Below are positions 28,050-38,187 of a stretch of 43,593 bases of DNA, piece after piece. The notes under the pieces are model-generated. The model was not told the DNA's origin, made no database searches, and was given only the letters and a program-made list of their open reading frames with translations. The stretch's first letter is position 1. Every line of letters starts with the position of its first letter. The stretch spans positions 1 to 43,593 of the forward strand of contig JACQBU010000063.1 of NCBI GenBank assembly GCA_016194375.1, read 5' to 3'. The stretch comes from Nitrospinota bacterium (GTDB lineage: Bacteria; Nitrospinota_A; UBA7883; JACRGQ01). The translations under genes were made by a program, and so were the position numbers.

Positions 28050-31000
28050 TCAAACCGCCAGCGCGCGCGCCGGGTCTTTTCCGGCCTCCGCAAGCGCCTT
28101 TTTGTAGTCCTGCGGCATGACCTTGATGAATTTGGGGAGGATTTCGCCCCAATGGTCCAGCACCCATCGCGCATGGGGGCTGTTTGTGTATTTTAGGTGC
28201 TTTTCCACGAGCCCCCTTACGAACGCCGTTTCCGAGGGGTCGTCCAAAGGCTCCGGCTCGACCGCGTTCCCGTTGATTCGCGGCCTTGACTTTCCGTCCA
28301 AGTCCAGGATGTAGGCTATCCCTCCGCTCATGCCGGCGCCAAAATTTTTTCCGACCGGCCCCAGAACGACGACGCGTCCGCCGGTCATGTATTCGCAACC
28401 GTGGTCTCCCACGGCCTCCACGACGACGTTCGCGCCCGAGTTGCGCACGCAAAACCGCTCGCCTACAATTCCCTTGACGTAAACCTCCCCCTTTGTCGCG
28501 CCGTAGAGCGCGACGTTGCCCACTATCACGTTCTCGTTCGCCTTGAAGGTGGATTTTTTGTTCGGGTAAAGTATCACCTTCGCGCCCGAAAGCCCCTTGC
28601 AAAAATAGTCGTTGGCCTCCCCCTCAAGCTCGAAGGTCAGCCCCTTGGCGCCGAATGCGGCAAAGCTTTGCCCCGCCGTTCCCGTCAGTCGTATTTTTAT
28701 CGTGTCGTCCGGAAGGCCGGCCTCCCCGTACCTTCTGGAAATTTCGGCTGACAACATAGTGCCTATGGCCCTGTTTATGTTTCTAACCGCGAAACTCCCC
28801 GTCGCGGGTTTTCCGTGTTCAAGCGCGGGTTTGGCCGTCTCCATAATTTTATAGTCAAGCGCGTTGTCCATGCCGAAGTCCTGGGAATCGCGGCAATACG
28901 GTGCGCATCCGGGCGATTTGGCGGGATGCAAAAGCCTTTCCGCCTTCACGTGCCTGGCCTTGTGATGCGTGATTCCGCCCTTTACCTTAAGCTTATCCAC
29001 CCGCCCGACCATTTCGTTCACGGTTCTGAAGCCCAATTGCGCCATGTGCTCCCTAAGTTCTGCGGCAAGGAACAGGAAAAAATTGACGACGTGTTCCGGC
29101 TTGCCGGGGAAGTTCTTTCTCAGTTCCGGGTCCTGCGTGGCCACCCCCACGGGGCAGTTGTTTAGGTGGCATTTCCTCATCATTATGCAACCGGCCGAGA
29201 TTAACACCGCGGTGGCGGCGCCCCATTCCTCCGCGCCGAGCAGGGCCGCTATCATGGCGTCGCGCCCGGTTATGACCCTCCCGTCGGTCTGCACCACTAT
29301 CCTGCTCCTGAGGTTGTTCCTCATGAGCACCTGGTGCGCTTCGGCAAGGCCGAGTTCCCAGGGCAGTCCGGCGTGTTTGATGGAGCTTAGCGGAGACGCG
29401 CCGGTTCCCCCGTCGTGGCCGGATATGAGGACGGCCTCCGCGTGCCCCTTGGCGACCCCGGCCGCGATTGTGCCCACGCCGGCCTCGGAGACAAGCTTCA
29501 CGTTGATTCTGGCCTTGGTGTTGGCGTTCTTGAGGTCGAATATCAACTGCGCCAGGTCCTCGATCGAATAGATGTCGTGGTGAGGCGGCGGCGAAATAAG
29601 CCCCACGCCGGGGGTCGAGTGGCGAAGCCCGGCTATGTTTGCGTCCACCTTCCTGCCCGGCAACTGGCCCCCCTCGCCTGGCTTGGCGCCCTGCGCCATC
29701 TTTATCTGAAGCTCGTCGGCGTTCGCGAGGTAGTTCGACGTCACGCCGAACCTGCCCGACGCCACCTGCTTTATGGCCGAGCGCGGAAAATCGCCGTTTG
29801 GGAGCCTCGCGTATCTTTTTGGGTCCTCGCCCCCCTCCCCCGTGTTGCTTCTGGCGCCGATTCTGTTCATGGCTATCGCCACCGTCTCGTGGGCCTCCTT
29901 GCTTATGGAGCCGAGCGACATCGCGCCGCTGAAAAACCGCCTCGCTATTTTTTCAACCGGCTCCACCTCGTCCAGCGGGATTGGCGACGAGTTTGTGAAC
30001 TCAAGCAGACTCCGCAGGGTGTTCAGGCCGGATTCTTCGACGACCATTTTTGAATACTGTTTGAACGCGGCGTAGTCGTTGTTCCTCACCGCCCGTTGCA
30101 GAACCTGAATCGTTTCGGGGTTGAAGGTGTGCTTCTCCCCCCTCGCCCGCCAATAATAGTCTCCCCCCGGCTCCAGCCCCGGCTCGGCGCCGCGAGCCTT
30201 CGGGAATCCGGCATGGTGCCGCGCCAAGGCCTCCTTTTCGAGCGTCTCCAGCCCCACGCCGCCTATCCGGGACGGGGTCTTGGTGAAATACCGCGCCACG
30301 AGCTCCTCGCCCAGCCCGACCGCCTCGAATATCTGCGCGCCTATGTACGACTGGATGGTAGATATCCCCATTTTGGCTATGGTCTTTAGCAGGCCCTTTT
30401 CAATCGCCTTGATGAAGTTCTTCTCCCCCTTTTCGACGCTAGTCTTTTCCTCCAGCATTCCCCGCTCCACGAGGTCGGCTATGGACTCGAACGCCAGATA
30501 AGGGTTGACCGCGGACGCGCCATAACCGAGCAAAAGCGCGAAATGATGCACCTCGCGGGCCTCGCCGGTTTCCACGACTATCCCGCACTTCGCCCTTTTC
30601 CCCTCGCGTATGAGGTGGTGGTGGACGGCCGAGGTCGCCAGCAGGGAGGGTATGGGGGCGTTTTTTTCGTCGACGCCGCGGTCGCTGAGGATGATGATGT
30701 TCCTGCCGGACGCGACCGCCTCCGCCGCAAGGGCGCATATTTTGTCCAGCGCCGCCCCGAGGCCCGCGCCGCCGCTTTCGACGGACGGGAAAAGAATCGG
30801 GATGCTGACCGCGCCAAACCGGTCGTTGTTGATGTTCCTAAGTTTTTCCAGCGCGTCGTTCGTCAAAACCGGGTTCGGAATCTCTATCACCCGGCAGTGC
30901 TCCTTCGCCTCCGAAAGCACCTGCCCCTGCGCCCCTATGAAGGACACCAGGGACATCACCGACTCCTCCCTTATGGAGTCAATCGGTGGGTTCGTGACCT

Positions 31001-32582
31001 GCGCGAAAAGCTGGTAAAAGTAGTTGAAAAGCAGATGGGGCCTGTCGGACAGCACCGCAAGCGGCGCGTCGTTCCCCATGGAGCCGACCGGCTCCTCCCC
31101 CGCCTGCGCTATCGGGGCGAGAATCATCTTCAGGTCCTCGAATGTGTAGCCGAACGCGGACTGCCTTCGCACCAACGTGGGGAAGTCGTTCTTATATTTT
31201 GACTTGACGGGCGGGAAGTCCGCCGTGGTCGCCCTGCCTTCCTCAAGCCATTTTGCGTAAGGTTTCGCGCCGGCCATCCTCTCCTTTATCTCGTCGTCGG
31301 GGATTATCCTCCCCTCCTCCAGGCTCGCCACGAACATCCGGCCCGGCTGGAGCCTGCCCTTTAGCCTTATGCTCTCCGGCGGGAAGTCCAGCACCCCCGC
31401 CTCCGAGCTCATCACCAGGACGTTGTCGTGGGTGAGGAGATAGCGGGACGGCCGCAGTCCGTTTCTGTCCAGCGTCGCGCCGATTATCCGGCCGTCGGTG
31501 AAGGCGATGGACGCGGGGCCGTCCCACGGCTCGATGAGGGTCGCGTGGAACTCGTAGAACGCCTTTTTGGTCGCGCTCATCTCCTTGTCGCTGGCCCACG
31601 CCTCCGGTATCAGCATCATCATAACGTGCGGCAGGGAGCGCCCGTTCAGGACGAGGAGCTCCACCACGTTGTCCAGGATGGCCGAGTCGGACTGACCGTC
31701 GTCTATGACGGGCCGCAGTTTATCCAGCTCGTCCGTCGTGAAGAGGTCGGGCGCGAACAGCGCCTCCCTTGCCCTCATCCAGTTGATGTTGCCCCTCAGC
31801 GTGTTTATCTCGCCGTTGTGGGCGAGGAACCGGAACGGGTGCGCCAGAGGCCAGGACGGCATGACGTTCGTGGAGAACCTGCTGTGGACGAGCGCCAGGG
31901 CCGACTTCAGGCTGTCGTCGCTCAAGTCCGGGAAATATGCCGACAACTGCGACGCCGTGAGCATCCCCTTGTAGCACAGGGTCCGGCTGGAAAGGGAGGC
32001 GACGTAAAACGTCCCGGCGTCCTTAATCCCGCTTTCTTGCACCAGTTTTTTGGAATGGTTGCGAATTACGTACAGCTTCCGTTCGAACGCGTCCTGGTCG
32101 GCCACGTTTTTTCCCCGCCTTACGAACGCGTGGCTGATGTGCGGCTCGGCGTTCAGGGCGGACGCGCCAAGCATGTGGTTGTCGGTGGGCACCCTCCTCC
32201 ACCCCAGGAGCTCCTGGCCTTCCTCCTCGACGCACTTTTTGAATATCGCCATGATTTTTTCGCGCGCGCCGTCATCCTTGGGCAGGAACACCATCCCCAC
32301 CGCGTAGTTTCCCTCGTCCGGCAACGCAAAGCCGAGGTTCGAGCCCTTTTTCCTGAAAAACTCGTCGGGAGTCTGGAGCGTCAGCCCCGCGCCGTCGCCG
32401 GAGTTTTTCTCCGCGCCCGAGGCTCCGCGATGCTCCAAGTTCTCGAGTATTTGTATTCCGTTCCTTATCGTCTTGTGGGTCTTTTTTCCGTCAAGGTCGG
32501 CCACGAACCCAACGCCGCACGAGTCGTGTTCAAACGACGGCTCGTAAAGACCCTCGTGCTTATCTTCCACTTGTTCTTCCAT
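28050..32582 (-). CDS. gltB: Glutamate synthase large subunit
   Basis: EHDSCGVGF N-terminal nucleophile, HNGEINT, AQGAKPGEGGQL, CIMMRKCHLNNCPVG 3Fe-4S motif, GXGXG domain. Confidence 0.98.
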   Translation of the reverse strand: MEEQVEDKHEGLYEPSFEHDSCGVGFVADLDGKKTHKTIRNGIQILENLEHRGASGAEKNSGDGAGLTLQTPDEFFRKKGSNLGFALPDEGNYAVGMVFLPKDDGAREKIMAIFKKCVEEEGQELLGWRRVPTDNHMLGASALNAEPHISHAFVRRGKNVADQDAFERKLYVIRNHSKKLVQESGIKDAGTFYVASLSSRTLCYKGMLTASQLSAYFPDLSDDSLKSALALVHSRFSTNVMPSWPLAHPFRFLAHNGEINTLRGNINWMRAREALFAPDLFTTDELDKLRPVIDDGQSDSAILDNVVELLVLNGRSLPHVMMMLIPEAWASDKEMSATKKAFYEFHATLIEPWDGPASIAFTDGRIIGATLDRNGLRPSRYLLTHDNVLVMSSEAGVLDFPPESIRLKGRLQPGRMFVASLEEGRIIPDDEIKERMAGAKPYAKWLEEGRATTADFPPVKSKYKNDFPTLVRRQSAFGYTFEDLKMILAPIAQAGEEPVGSMGNDAPLAVLSDRPHLLFNYFYQLFAQVTNPPIDSIREESVMSLVSFIGAQGQVLSEAKEHCRVIEIPNPVLTNDALEKLRNINNDRFGAVSIPILFPSVESGGAGLGAALDKICALAAEAVASGRNIIILSDRGVDEKNAPIPSLLATSAVHHHLIREGKRAKCGIVVETGEAREVHHFALLLGYGASAVNPYLAFESIADLVERGMLEEKTSVEKGEKNFIKAIEKGLLKTIAKMGISTIQSYIGAQIFEAVGLGEELVARYFTKTPSRIGGVGLETLEKEALARHHAGFPKARGAEPGLEPGGDYYWRARGEKHTFNPETIQVLQRAVRNNDYAAFKQYSKMVVEESGLNTLRSLLEFTNSSPIPLDEVEPVEKIARRFFSGAMSLGSISKEAHETVAIAMNRIGARSNTGEGGEDPKRYARLPNGDFPRSAIKQVASGRFGVTSNYLANADELQIKMAQGAKPGEGGQLPGRKVDANIAGLRHSTPGVGLISPPPHHDIYSIEDLAQLIFDLKNANTKARINVKLVSEAGVGTIAAGVAKGHAEAVLISGHDGGTGASPLSSIKHAGLPWELGLAEAHQVLMRNNLRSRIVVQTDGRVITGRDAMIAALLGAEEWGAATAVLISAGCIMMRKCHLNNCPVGVATQDPELRKNFPGKPEHVVNFFLFLAAELREHMAQLGFRTVNEMVGRVDKLKVKGGITHHKARHVKAERLLHPAKSPGCAPYCRDSQDFGMDNALDYKIMETAKPALEHGKPATGSFAVRNINRAIGTMLSAEISRRYGEAGLPDDTIKIRLTGTAGQSFAAFGAKGLTFELEGEANDYFCKGLSGAKVILYPNKKSTFKANENVIVGNVALYGATKGEVYVKGIVGERFCVRNSGANVVVEAVGDHGCEYMTGGRVVVLGPVGKNFGAGMSGGIAYILDLDGKSRPRINGNAVEPEPLDDPSETAFVRGLVEKHLKYTNSPHARWVLDHWGEILPKFIKVMPQDYKKALAEAGKDPARALAV

Positions 32583-32859
32583 TTACCCCGACATCCATGG
32601 TTTATCGCCGCCTTTTCCGGACTTCCGGCCGGAAAAGAACCGTTCATAAGTTTACAACCGAAACACTTTATCAGAGCCGGTTGCTTTTTCAATGAAAAAT
32701 CTTCGCCATTTTTCCACGATCGTCGGCCCCGGGGCGGCGGGCGCGGATATTTGAATCTCACGGAGTTATTTGGTAACATCCCGTCTGTTGATTTAGTTTT
32801 ATCCAATTAACAAGGCCAAAGGCGCGGATTTGTCGATGAGCCGCCCAAATGATTAGGAG

Positions 32860-33462
32860 ATGGTGATGAGAATTAAGGGAATCTTGAGTTTCGCGGTCGT
32901 CCTGTCGGCCGCATTTTATTTGGCGGGGTGCGCCAGCTCCAAGGCAAAAACGGAGGGCGCCGCCCCCCCTCCACCGCCGTCCGAGGTCGTGATCACGCCC
33001 AGCCCCGAGGAAACCGCCAGACGGGAGGAGATGGAGCGCGAAAGGGCGCGCAACGCGGAGCTGGAAAGCCAAAAAAAGGCCGAGGAGCAAAGGCGCCTTT
33101 CGGAACAAGCCGCTTCAACAACCTTCATCGACGGTCTTGGGACTGTTTACTTTGATTTCGACAAATACGACGTAAAGCCGGAATACCGGGGCGTGTTGGC
33201 GAAAAACGCCGAGATTATAAAGGACCACCAGTCGATGAAGGTCGCCGTCGAGGGGCATTGTGACGAGCGCGGCACGGCGGAGTACAACCTGGCCTTGGGC
33301 GAGCGCAGGGCCCTTTCCGTCAAGAAATACCTCCTTTCCCTCGGGGTCGGCGAATCGAACCTGTACACCATAAGCTACGGCGAGGAAAAACCCGCGGACC
33401 CGGGGCACAACAAAGAGGCCTGGGCAAAAAATCGCAGGGTACAGTTCGGCAAAGTAGAATAG
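32860..33462 (+). CDS. pal: Peptidoglycan-associated lipoprotein
   Basis: Lipobox LAGC; VYFDFDK, EGHCDERGTAEYNLALGERRA, SYGEEKP, KNRRV. Confidence 0.95.
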   Translation: MVMRIKGILSFAVVLSAAFYLAGCASSKAKTEGAAPPPPPSEVVITPSPEETARREEMERERARNAELESQKKAEEQRRLSEQAASTTFIDGLGTVYFDFDKYDVKPEYRGVLAKNAEIIKDHQSMKVAVEGHCDERGTAEYNLALGERRALSVKKYLLSLGVGESNLYTISYGEEKPADPGHNKEAWAKNRRVQFGKVE

Positions 33463-33488
33463 AACCCCTCCGAAACCACCCTGCAGGC

Positions 33489-34643
33489 ATGAGACTCCGC
33501 GCGGCGCTGATTTGGACGTCCCTGCTCGCGGTCTCCTGCGCCATGCGAGAGGACGTGGTCGGCGTACAAAACAGGCTCGGCGACCTTGAGCGACAAAACT
33601 CGAAATCTTCCGATGAGATTAGGGCGAACCAAAAACGGTTGGAGGCGACACTCGCCGCGATACAGACGAAGGTGCTTGTCGACATCGAGGCCAAGCAAAA
33701 ACGAATCGACGACAACCTCAAAACCATGTTGCGGAACAGCGCCGACGACAAGGAGGAGCACAACTCCCTAAACGAGCGCCTCAACGTCATAGGCGGAAGC
33801 ATCGACGAGGTCGTCTATCGCCTCAAACAGGAGGAGGAGAGGCTCAACAAGCTGGAGGCCAAGTTGCGGGACGAACACCGCGCCATGACCGAGTCCTTTC
33901 TGGCTAACACCCAAAAAATTGAAACCATGCGAAACCAACTCGGCGAACAGTCTGCCGCCGTCAAGGCGCGGCTTGACGAACAGTCCGCCGCCGTCACGGC
34001 CCGGCTTGACGAACAGTTCGCCGCGGTCTCGGCCCGTCTTGACAAACAGTTGGACGCCTCGGCGCGGCTTGGCGAAGAGTTGGCCGCGGTCTCGACCCGG
34101 CTTGAGGAGCTAAGGCAGTCCTCCCCCAAAACTGCCGACAAGAAGAAAAAAAAGGAAAAAGAAAAATCCCCCAAGAAGGCGGATAAGGTAAAAGGGAGAC
34201 CGCCAAAGGAGGCGGACGAGGAGACGGAATCCACGGGCGAACCAGAGGCCGCCTCCCAGGACGACCTTTACAACGCCGCCTACGACGATTTTCTCAACGG
34301 AAACTACGACAAGGCCGGCGCAAAATTTTCGGAGTTCCTCAAACGCTATCCCAACAGCGAGTTAAGCTACAACTCGCAGTACTGGATCGGCGAGGCGCTT
34401 GCCAACCAAGGCAGGGCAAGGGAAGCCGTGGAGGCGTTTAAACTGACCGCCGCCAACTACCCGAAGTCCACCAAGGCCCCCGCCGCCCTTTGGCGCGCCG
34501 CCGAGATAACGGAAAAAACGGGGTCGCGGGAAGATTTGAGGGCAATTTTGGGAAAAATACGTGATAATTACCCGGCCTCGCAGGAGGCGGTTATGGCCGA
34601 CGAGAAATTAATAAAACTGAACGTACGCGGAAAACAGGAGTAA
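33489..34643 (+). CDS. cpoB: Tol-Pal system protein CpoB/YbgF with extended coiled coil
   Basis: Follows pal; lipobox AVSC; long coiled coil; C-terminal TPRs (LYNAAY, YPNSELSYNSQYWIGE, YPKSTKAPAAL). Confidence 0.85.
   Translation: MRLRAALIWTSLLAVSCAMREDVVGVQNRLGDLERQNSKSSDEIRANQKRLEATLAAIQTKVLVDIEAKQKRIDDNLKTMLRNSADDKEEHNSLNERLNVIGGSIDEVVYRLKQEEERLNKLEAKLRDEHRAMTESFLANTQKIETMRNQLGEQSAAVKARLDEQSAAVTARLDEQFAAVSARLDKQLDASARLGEELAAVSTRLEELRQSSPKTADKKKKKEKEKSPKKADKVKGRPPKEADEETESTGEPEAASQDDLYNAAYDDFLNGNYDKAGAKFSEFLKRYPNSELSYNSQYWIGEALANQGRAREAVEAFKLTAANYPKSTKAPAALWRAAEITEKTGSREDLRAILGKIRDNYPASQEAVMADEKLIKLNVRGKQE
33939..34100 (+). repeat. 33-bp (11-aa) tandem repeat, 5 units (one 30 bp), inside cpoB
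   Basis: LGEQSAAVKAR/LDEQSAAVTAR/LDEQFAAVSAR/LDKQLDASAR/LGEELAAVSTR. Confidence 0.85.
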
Positions 34644-34646
34644 GGA

Positions 34647-36566
34647 ATGCTTCAAATACTTAGGGACAGGGCCTCCGGGCTGTTTGTGAAGACCATTTTG
34701 TGGACTTTGGTGCTGGCATTCATCGGCACGATAGTCGTCGTTTGGGGATACGGGCGCGACAAAAGGGAGAAGCCCGTCGCCAGGGTGGCGGGGACGCCAA
34801 TCACCCAGGCCGAGTACAAGCTGTACTACGACTCGACCCTCAGGAACCTGCGCGAGATGTTCGGCGGCCAAGAGTTTTCGAGCGACATGATAAAGCAGTT
34901 CAATGTGGAAAAAATCGCCTTGGACTCCGTCATCATGGACCGCCTGGAGTACCAGGCCGCGCAGGACGCCGGGATGTCCGTGACCGAGGCCGAGTTGAAG
35001 ATGACCATCGGGAACACCAAGGACTTCCAAAGGGACGGAAGGTTCGACAAGGCGGCCTTTTTCGCCGTGCTAAAGGCGAACAGACTCACCCCCAAGGAGT
35101 ACGAGAAGCGGATGCGCCGCGAGCTGATGGTCAGAAAAATAACCAGACTGATATCCGATTCGGTTCCCGTCACCGACCAAGAGGTGAGGAACGCCTTCAC
35201 GTCGAACAATGAGCAGTTGAAAATAAGGTACCTGGCCGTCACGCGCCAGGCCGTCGCGTCAAAGGTGAAGGTGGACGACAAAACGCTCGAGGAGCGGATG
35301 AAAAAGGAGTCCTTCCGCTTCACCCTTCCCGAGCAGAGAAAAGTCGAGCGCGTCACCGCGCACCCGGAGGATTTTCGCTCCGGACAGAAAATAAGCGACT
35401 CTGAAGTGCAAACTTACTACGACGCCCACAAATCCGATTTTGTGACGAAGGAGGACGAGGTTCGCGCGAGGCATATTCTTTTCGAGACGCCGAAAAATCC
35501 GACCCCGGAGGCGATGGCCGAAACGGCCAAAAAAGCCCTTTCCGTCCTGGACAAATTGAAGAAGGGCGCCGATTTTGCCGAAATGGCGAAAAAATATTCC
35601 AACGACGCCGGCTCGGCGAAACAAGGCGGCGACCTCGGGTTCTTCCCGCGCGGAAGGATGGTGCCGGAGTTCGACAAGGCGGCGTTTGCCCTCCCCGCCG
35701 GGAAAATAAGCGACTTGGTTAAGACAAACTTCGGCTGGCACATTATCAAGGTCGAGGAAAAACACGCGGCAGGACCGTTGAAATTCGAGGAGGCGGCGAA
35801 GAGCATCAGGGAAAAGCTCGTTAATGACGCGGCGAGGCTCGAGGCCCAGCGCCGCATCTCGCTCATTCTTGCGGACAAATCGGGCAAATCGCTCGAAGAA
35901 CTCGCCAAAACGCATAAATGTAATCACGGCATTTATACCCTCAAGGCCGGGGAGCGGACGGAAAACCTGCAAGGCTCCGAACCGCTGGTAAAACGGACAT
36001 TCGAGATTCATAAGGGCGAAACGGCCGGTCCCGTCGAGGCGATGGGCGCGTTCCACATCATTCGCCTTTTGGACGTCATCCCGCCGCATCAACCGCAACT
36101 AGCCGAGGTTAGGAAAGAGGTCGAGGAGGTCTTCAGAAAGGAAGAGGAATCGAGGCTTGCCGGGGAAATGGCGGACGCCATACTCAAGGACGTCCGCGCC
36201 GGTGCGGACCTGAAGTCGGCCTCGAAGGAGGCCAAGGAACTGCCGAAGGAAAGCGGCTTCGTAAAGAGGCACGACAACGCGGTGGACGGAATCCAACAGG
36301 GGAATTCGCTTATAACGGCGGCGTTTGCCCTCAAACCAGGCGCATATGACAAGGTTGGCATTGGCGACACGTTGTACGTGATAACCGTTGCAGAGAAAAA
36401 AACCGCCGACATGGCCGAATTCGACAAGGAGCGGGGTAAGATCAAGGCGGGCATCGCATTCGAAAAGGGGAGAGCCGCGTTGCGCGAATGGCAGGCCGCG
36501 CTTAGGAAGGACGCCGATAACAGGGGGATCCTGACGATAGACAAACAGATTAATCAGGAATCCTAA
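34647..36566 (+). CDS. ppiD: PpiD/SurA-family periplasmic chaperone with parvulin domain
   Basis: N-terminal TM, SurA-N domain, VRARHIL...GGDLGFFPRGRMVPEFDKAAF...FGWHIIKV. Confidence 0.9.
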   Translation: MLQILRDRASGLFVKTILWTLVLAFIGTIVVVWGYGRDKREKPVARVAGTPITQAEYKLYYDSTLRNLREMFGGQEFSSDMIKQFNVEKIALDSVIMDRLEYQAAQDAGMSVTEAELKMTIGNTKDFQRDGRFDKAAFFAVLKANRLTPKEYEKRMRRELMVRKITRLISDSVPVTDQEVRNAFTSNNEQLKIRYLAVTRQAVASKVKVDDKTLEERMKKESFRFTLPEQRKVERVTAHPEDFRSGQKISDSEVQTYYDAHKSDFVTKEDEVRARHILFETPKNPTPEAMAETAKKALSVLDKLKKGADFAEMAKKYSNDAGSAKQGGDLGFFPRGRMVPEFDKAAFALPAGKISDLVKTNFGWHIIKVEEKHAAGPLKFEEAAKSIREKLVNDAARLEAQRRISLILADKSGKSLEELAKTHKCNHGIYTLKAGERTENLQGSEPLVKRTFEIHKGETAGPVEAMGAFHIIRLLDVIPPHQPQLAEVRKEVEEVFRKEEESRLAGEMADAILKDVRAGADLKSASKEAKELPKESGFVKRHDNAVDGIQQGNSLITAAFALKPGAYDKVGIGDTLYVITVAEKKTADMAEFDKERGKIKAGIAFEKGRAALREWQAALRKDADNRGILTIDKQINQES

Positions 36567-36614
36567 CCCGATTTTTACGGGTAGAGCCCGGCCGAAGCGC
36601 GGGTGGGAAAACCA

Positions 36615-37262
36615 ATGGGGCTAAAAGTTTCTGTCCTGACCGTGGGGCCCATCGACGTGAACTGCCACGTCTTGTATTGCGAGGAACACAAGTCCGCGAT
36701 AATCGTGGACCCCGGCGACAGCTCCGCGAAAATAATTAAATTCGTCGAGGACAACGGGCTCAAGCCGGGGATGGTCATAGCCACGCACTGCCACGCCGAC
36801 CACACCGGAGCCGTCGCCAAACTCACGGAACACTTCGGGTTGCCCTTCCTTTGCCACGCCGACGACGAATGGATGCTGGACAACCCGGAGCAAAAGGAGA
36901 TGGCAAGGTACCTGGGGATTTCGTCCCCGCCTAAAAACGACGACTCCCTGACGGACGGCGAATCGGTAGACGTATGCGACGATTACGCCGTCAAAGTCAT
37001 ACACACGCCGGGCCACACTCAGGGCGGGATATCCCTTTACGCGCGGGGGATTCTAATAGTCGGCGACACGCTTTTCAGGGCGTCCGTCGGTAGGTCCGAC
37101 CTGGCCGGCGGAAACCACGACCAACTTGTAAAATCAATAAAGGAACGACTTTTTTCGCTGCCGAACGACACGGTGGTGTATCCCGGCCACGGCGAAACCA
37201 CCACAATCGGATATGAAAAGGAGCACAACCCGTTCTTGAGGCAGACCGAAGGGTACAACTGA
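36615..37262 (+). CDS. MBL-fold metallo-hydrolase (glyoxalase II/YcbL-like)
   Basis: THCHADH, HTPGHT, GDTLF, PGHG motifs. Confidence 0.92.
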   Translation: MGLKVSVLTVGPIDVNCHVLYCEEHKSAIIVDPGDSSAKIIKFVEDNGLKPGMVIATHCHADHTGAVAKLTEHFGLPFLCHADDEWMLDNPEQKEMARYLGISSPPKNDDSLTDGESVDVCDDYAVKVIHTPGHTQGGISLYARGILIVGDTLFRASVGRSDLAGGNHDQLVKSIKERLFSLPNDTVVYPGHGETTTIGYEKEHNPFLRQTEGYN

Positions 37263-38149
37263 TGAACCCGCTTTTGGACGAGTGGCTTTCACATCTTGCC
37301 GTGGAGCGGAACCTGTCCGAAAACACCGTCTCCGCCTACCACTCCGACCTAGAAGATTTCCTAAATTTTTTCAAGGTTCGCGACCCGGAATCCCTGGGTG
37401 CAATACGACCGTCTGACGTCGTGGAATACTTCAGGATGTTGATGGAAAAAAAGGGGGCGTCGGCAAGGACGCGCGCGCGAAAACTTTCCGCGATAAAGGC
37501 GTTCTACCGCTACCGCACCGCTGAGACCAAGTCCGGCTCGAATCCAGTTGAAAACATGGAAACCCCCTCCTCGGCCAGATATCTTCCCCGCGCACTGAAC
37601 ACGGCGCAGGTCGAGCTCCTACTAAAAAAGCCCGACGTCAGGACCGACGACGGTGTCAGGGACGCCGCGATGCTGGAGCTCATGTATTCCACGGGACTGC
37701 GGGTTTCGGAGCTGGTGAATATAAGGACGGGTGAGGTCAACCTCACGGCGGGATTCGTCACTACGATGGGCAAGGGCTCCAAGGAGCGGCTTGTTCCGAT
37801 GGGCGACCACGCGGCGGACAAAATAAGAAATTATCTAAAAACACGCCCCCACTACGTAAGAAAGTCGAACCCCCCCGAGCTTTTTCTCACCCGACTCGGA
37901 AAACCTATGACACGGCAGATGTTCTGGCTCATAATAAGAAAATACGCCCTGACCGCCGGCATAAGGGGGAAAATATCCCCCCACGCCCTCAGACATTCAT
38001 TTGCGACACACCTGCTGGAAAATGGGGCCGACCTGAGGGCGGTGCAGATGATGCTCGGGCATTCCAGCATAACCACGACGCAGATATACACCCACGTCAA
38101 CCGAACCCGCCTCGCCGGAATACTCGCCAAGGCCCACCCGCGCGGATAA
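37262..38149 (+). CDS. xerD: Site-specific tyrosine recombinase XerD
   Basis: ERNLSENTVSAY, YSTGLRVSEL, GKGSKERLVP, MTRQMFW, SPHALRHSFATHLL, LGHSSITTTQIYTHV. Confidence 0.93.
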   Translation: MNPLLDEWLSHLAVERNLSENTVSAYHSDLEDFLNFFKVRDPESLGAIRPSDVVEYFRMLMEKKGASARTRARKLSAIKAFYRYRTAETKSGSNPVENMETPSSARYLPRALNTAQVELLLKKPDVRTDDGVRDAAMLELMYSTGLRVSELVNIRTGEVNLTAGFVTTMGKGSKERLVPMGDHAADKIRNYLKTRPHYVRKSNPPELFLTRLGKPMTRQMFWLIIRKYALTAGIRGKISPHALRHSFATHLLENGADLRAVQMMLGHSSITTTQIYTHVNRTRLAGILAKAHPRG

Positions 38150-38187
38150 ATAATACGACCGGGACTCCGTCGGCGGGGATGGCCGAC

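Noticed and set aside
20478-32810. Long antisense ORFs (e.g. 20478-21878, 27240-28196, 31428-32810)
   Set aside because: Shadow frames of GC-rich dnaE2/gltBD with no protein-like motifs
37262-38149. Tyrosine recombinase as a phage integrase or integron integrase
   Set aside because: XerD-specific motifs, no IntI insertion, embedded in a housekeeping operon
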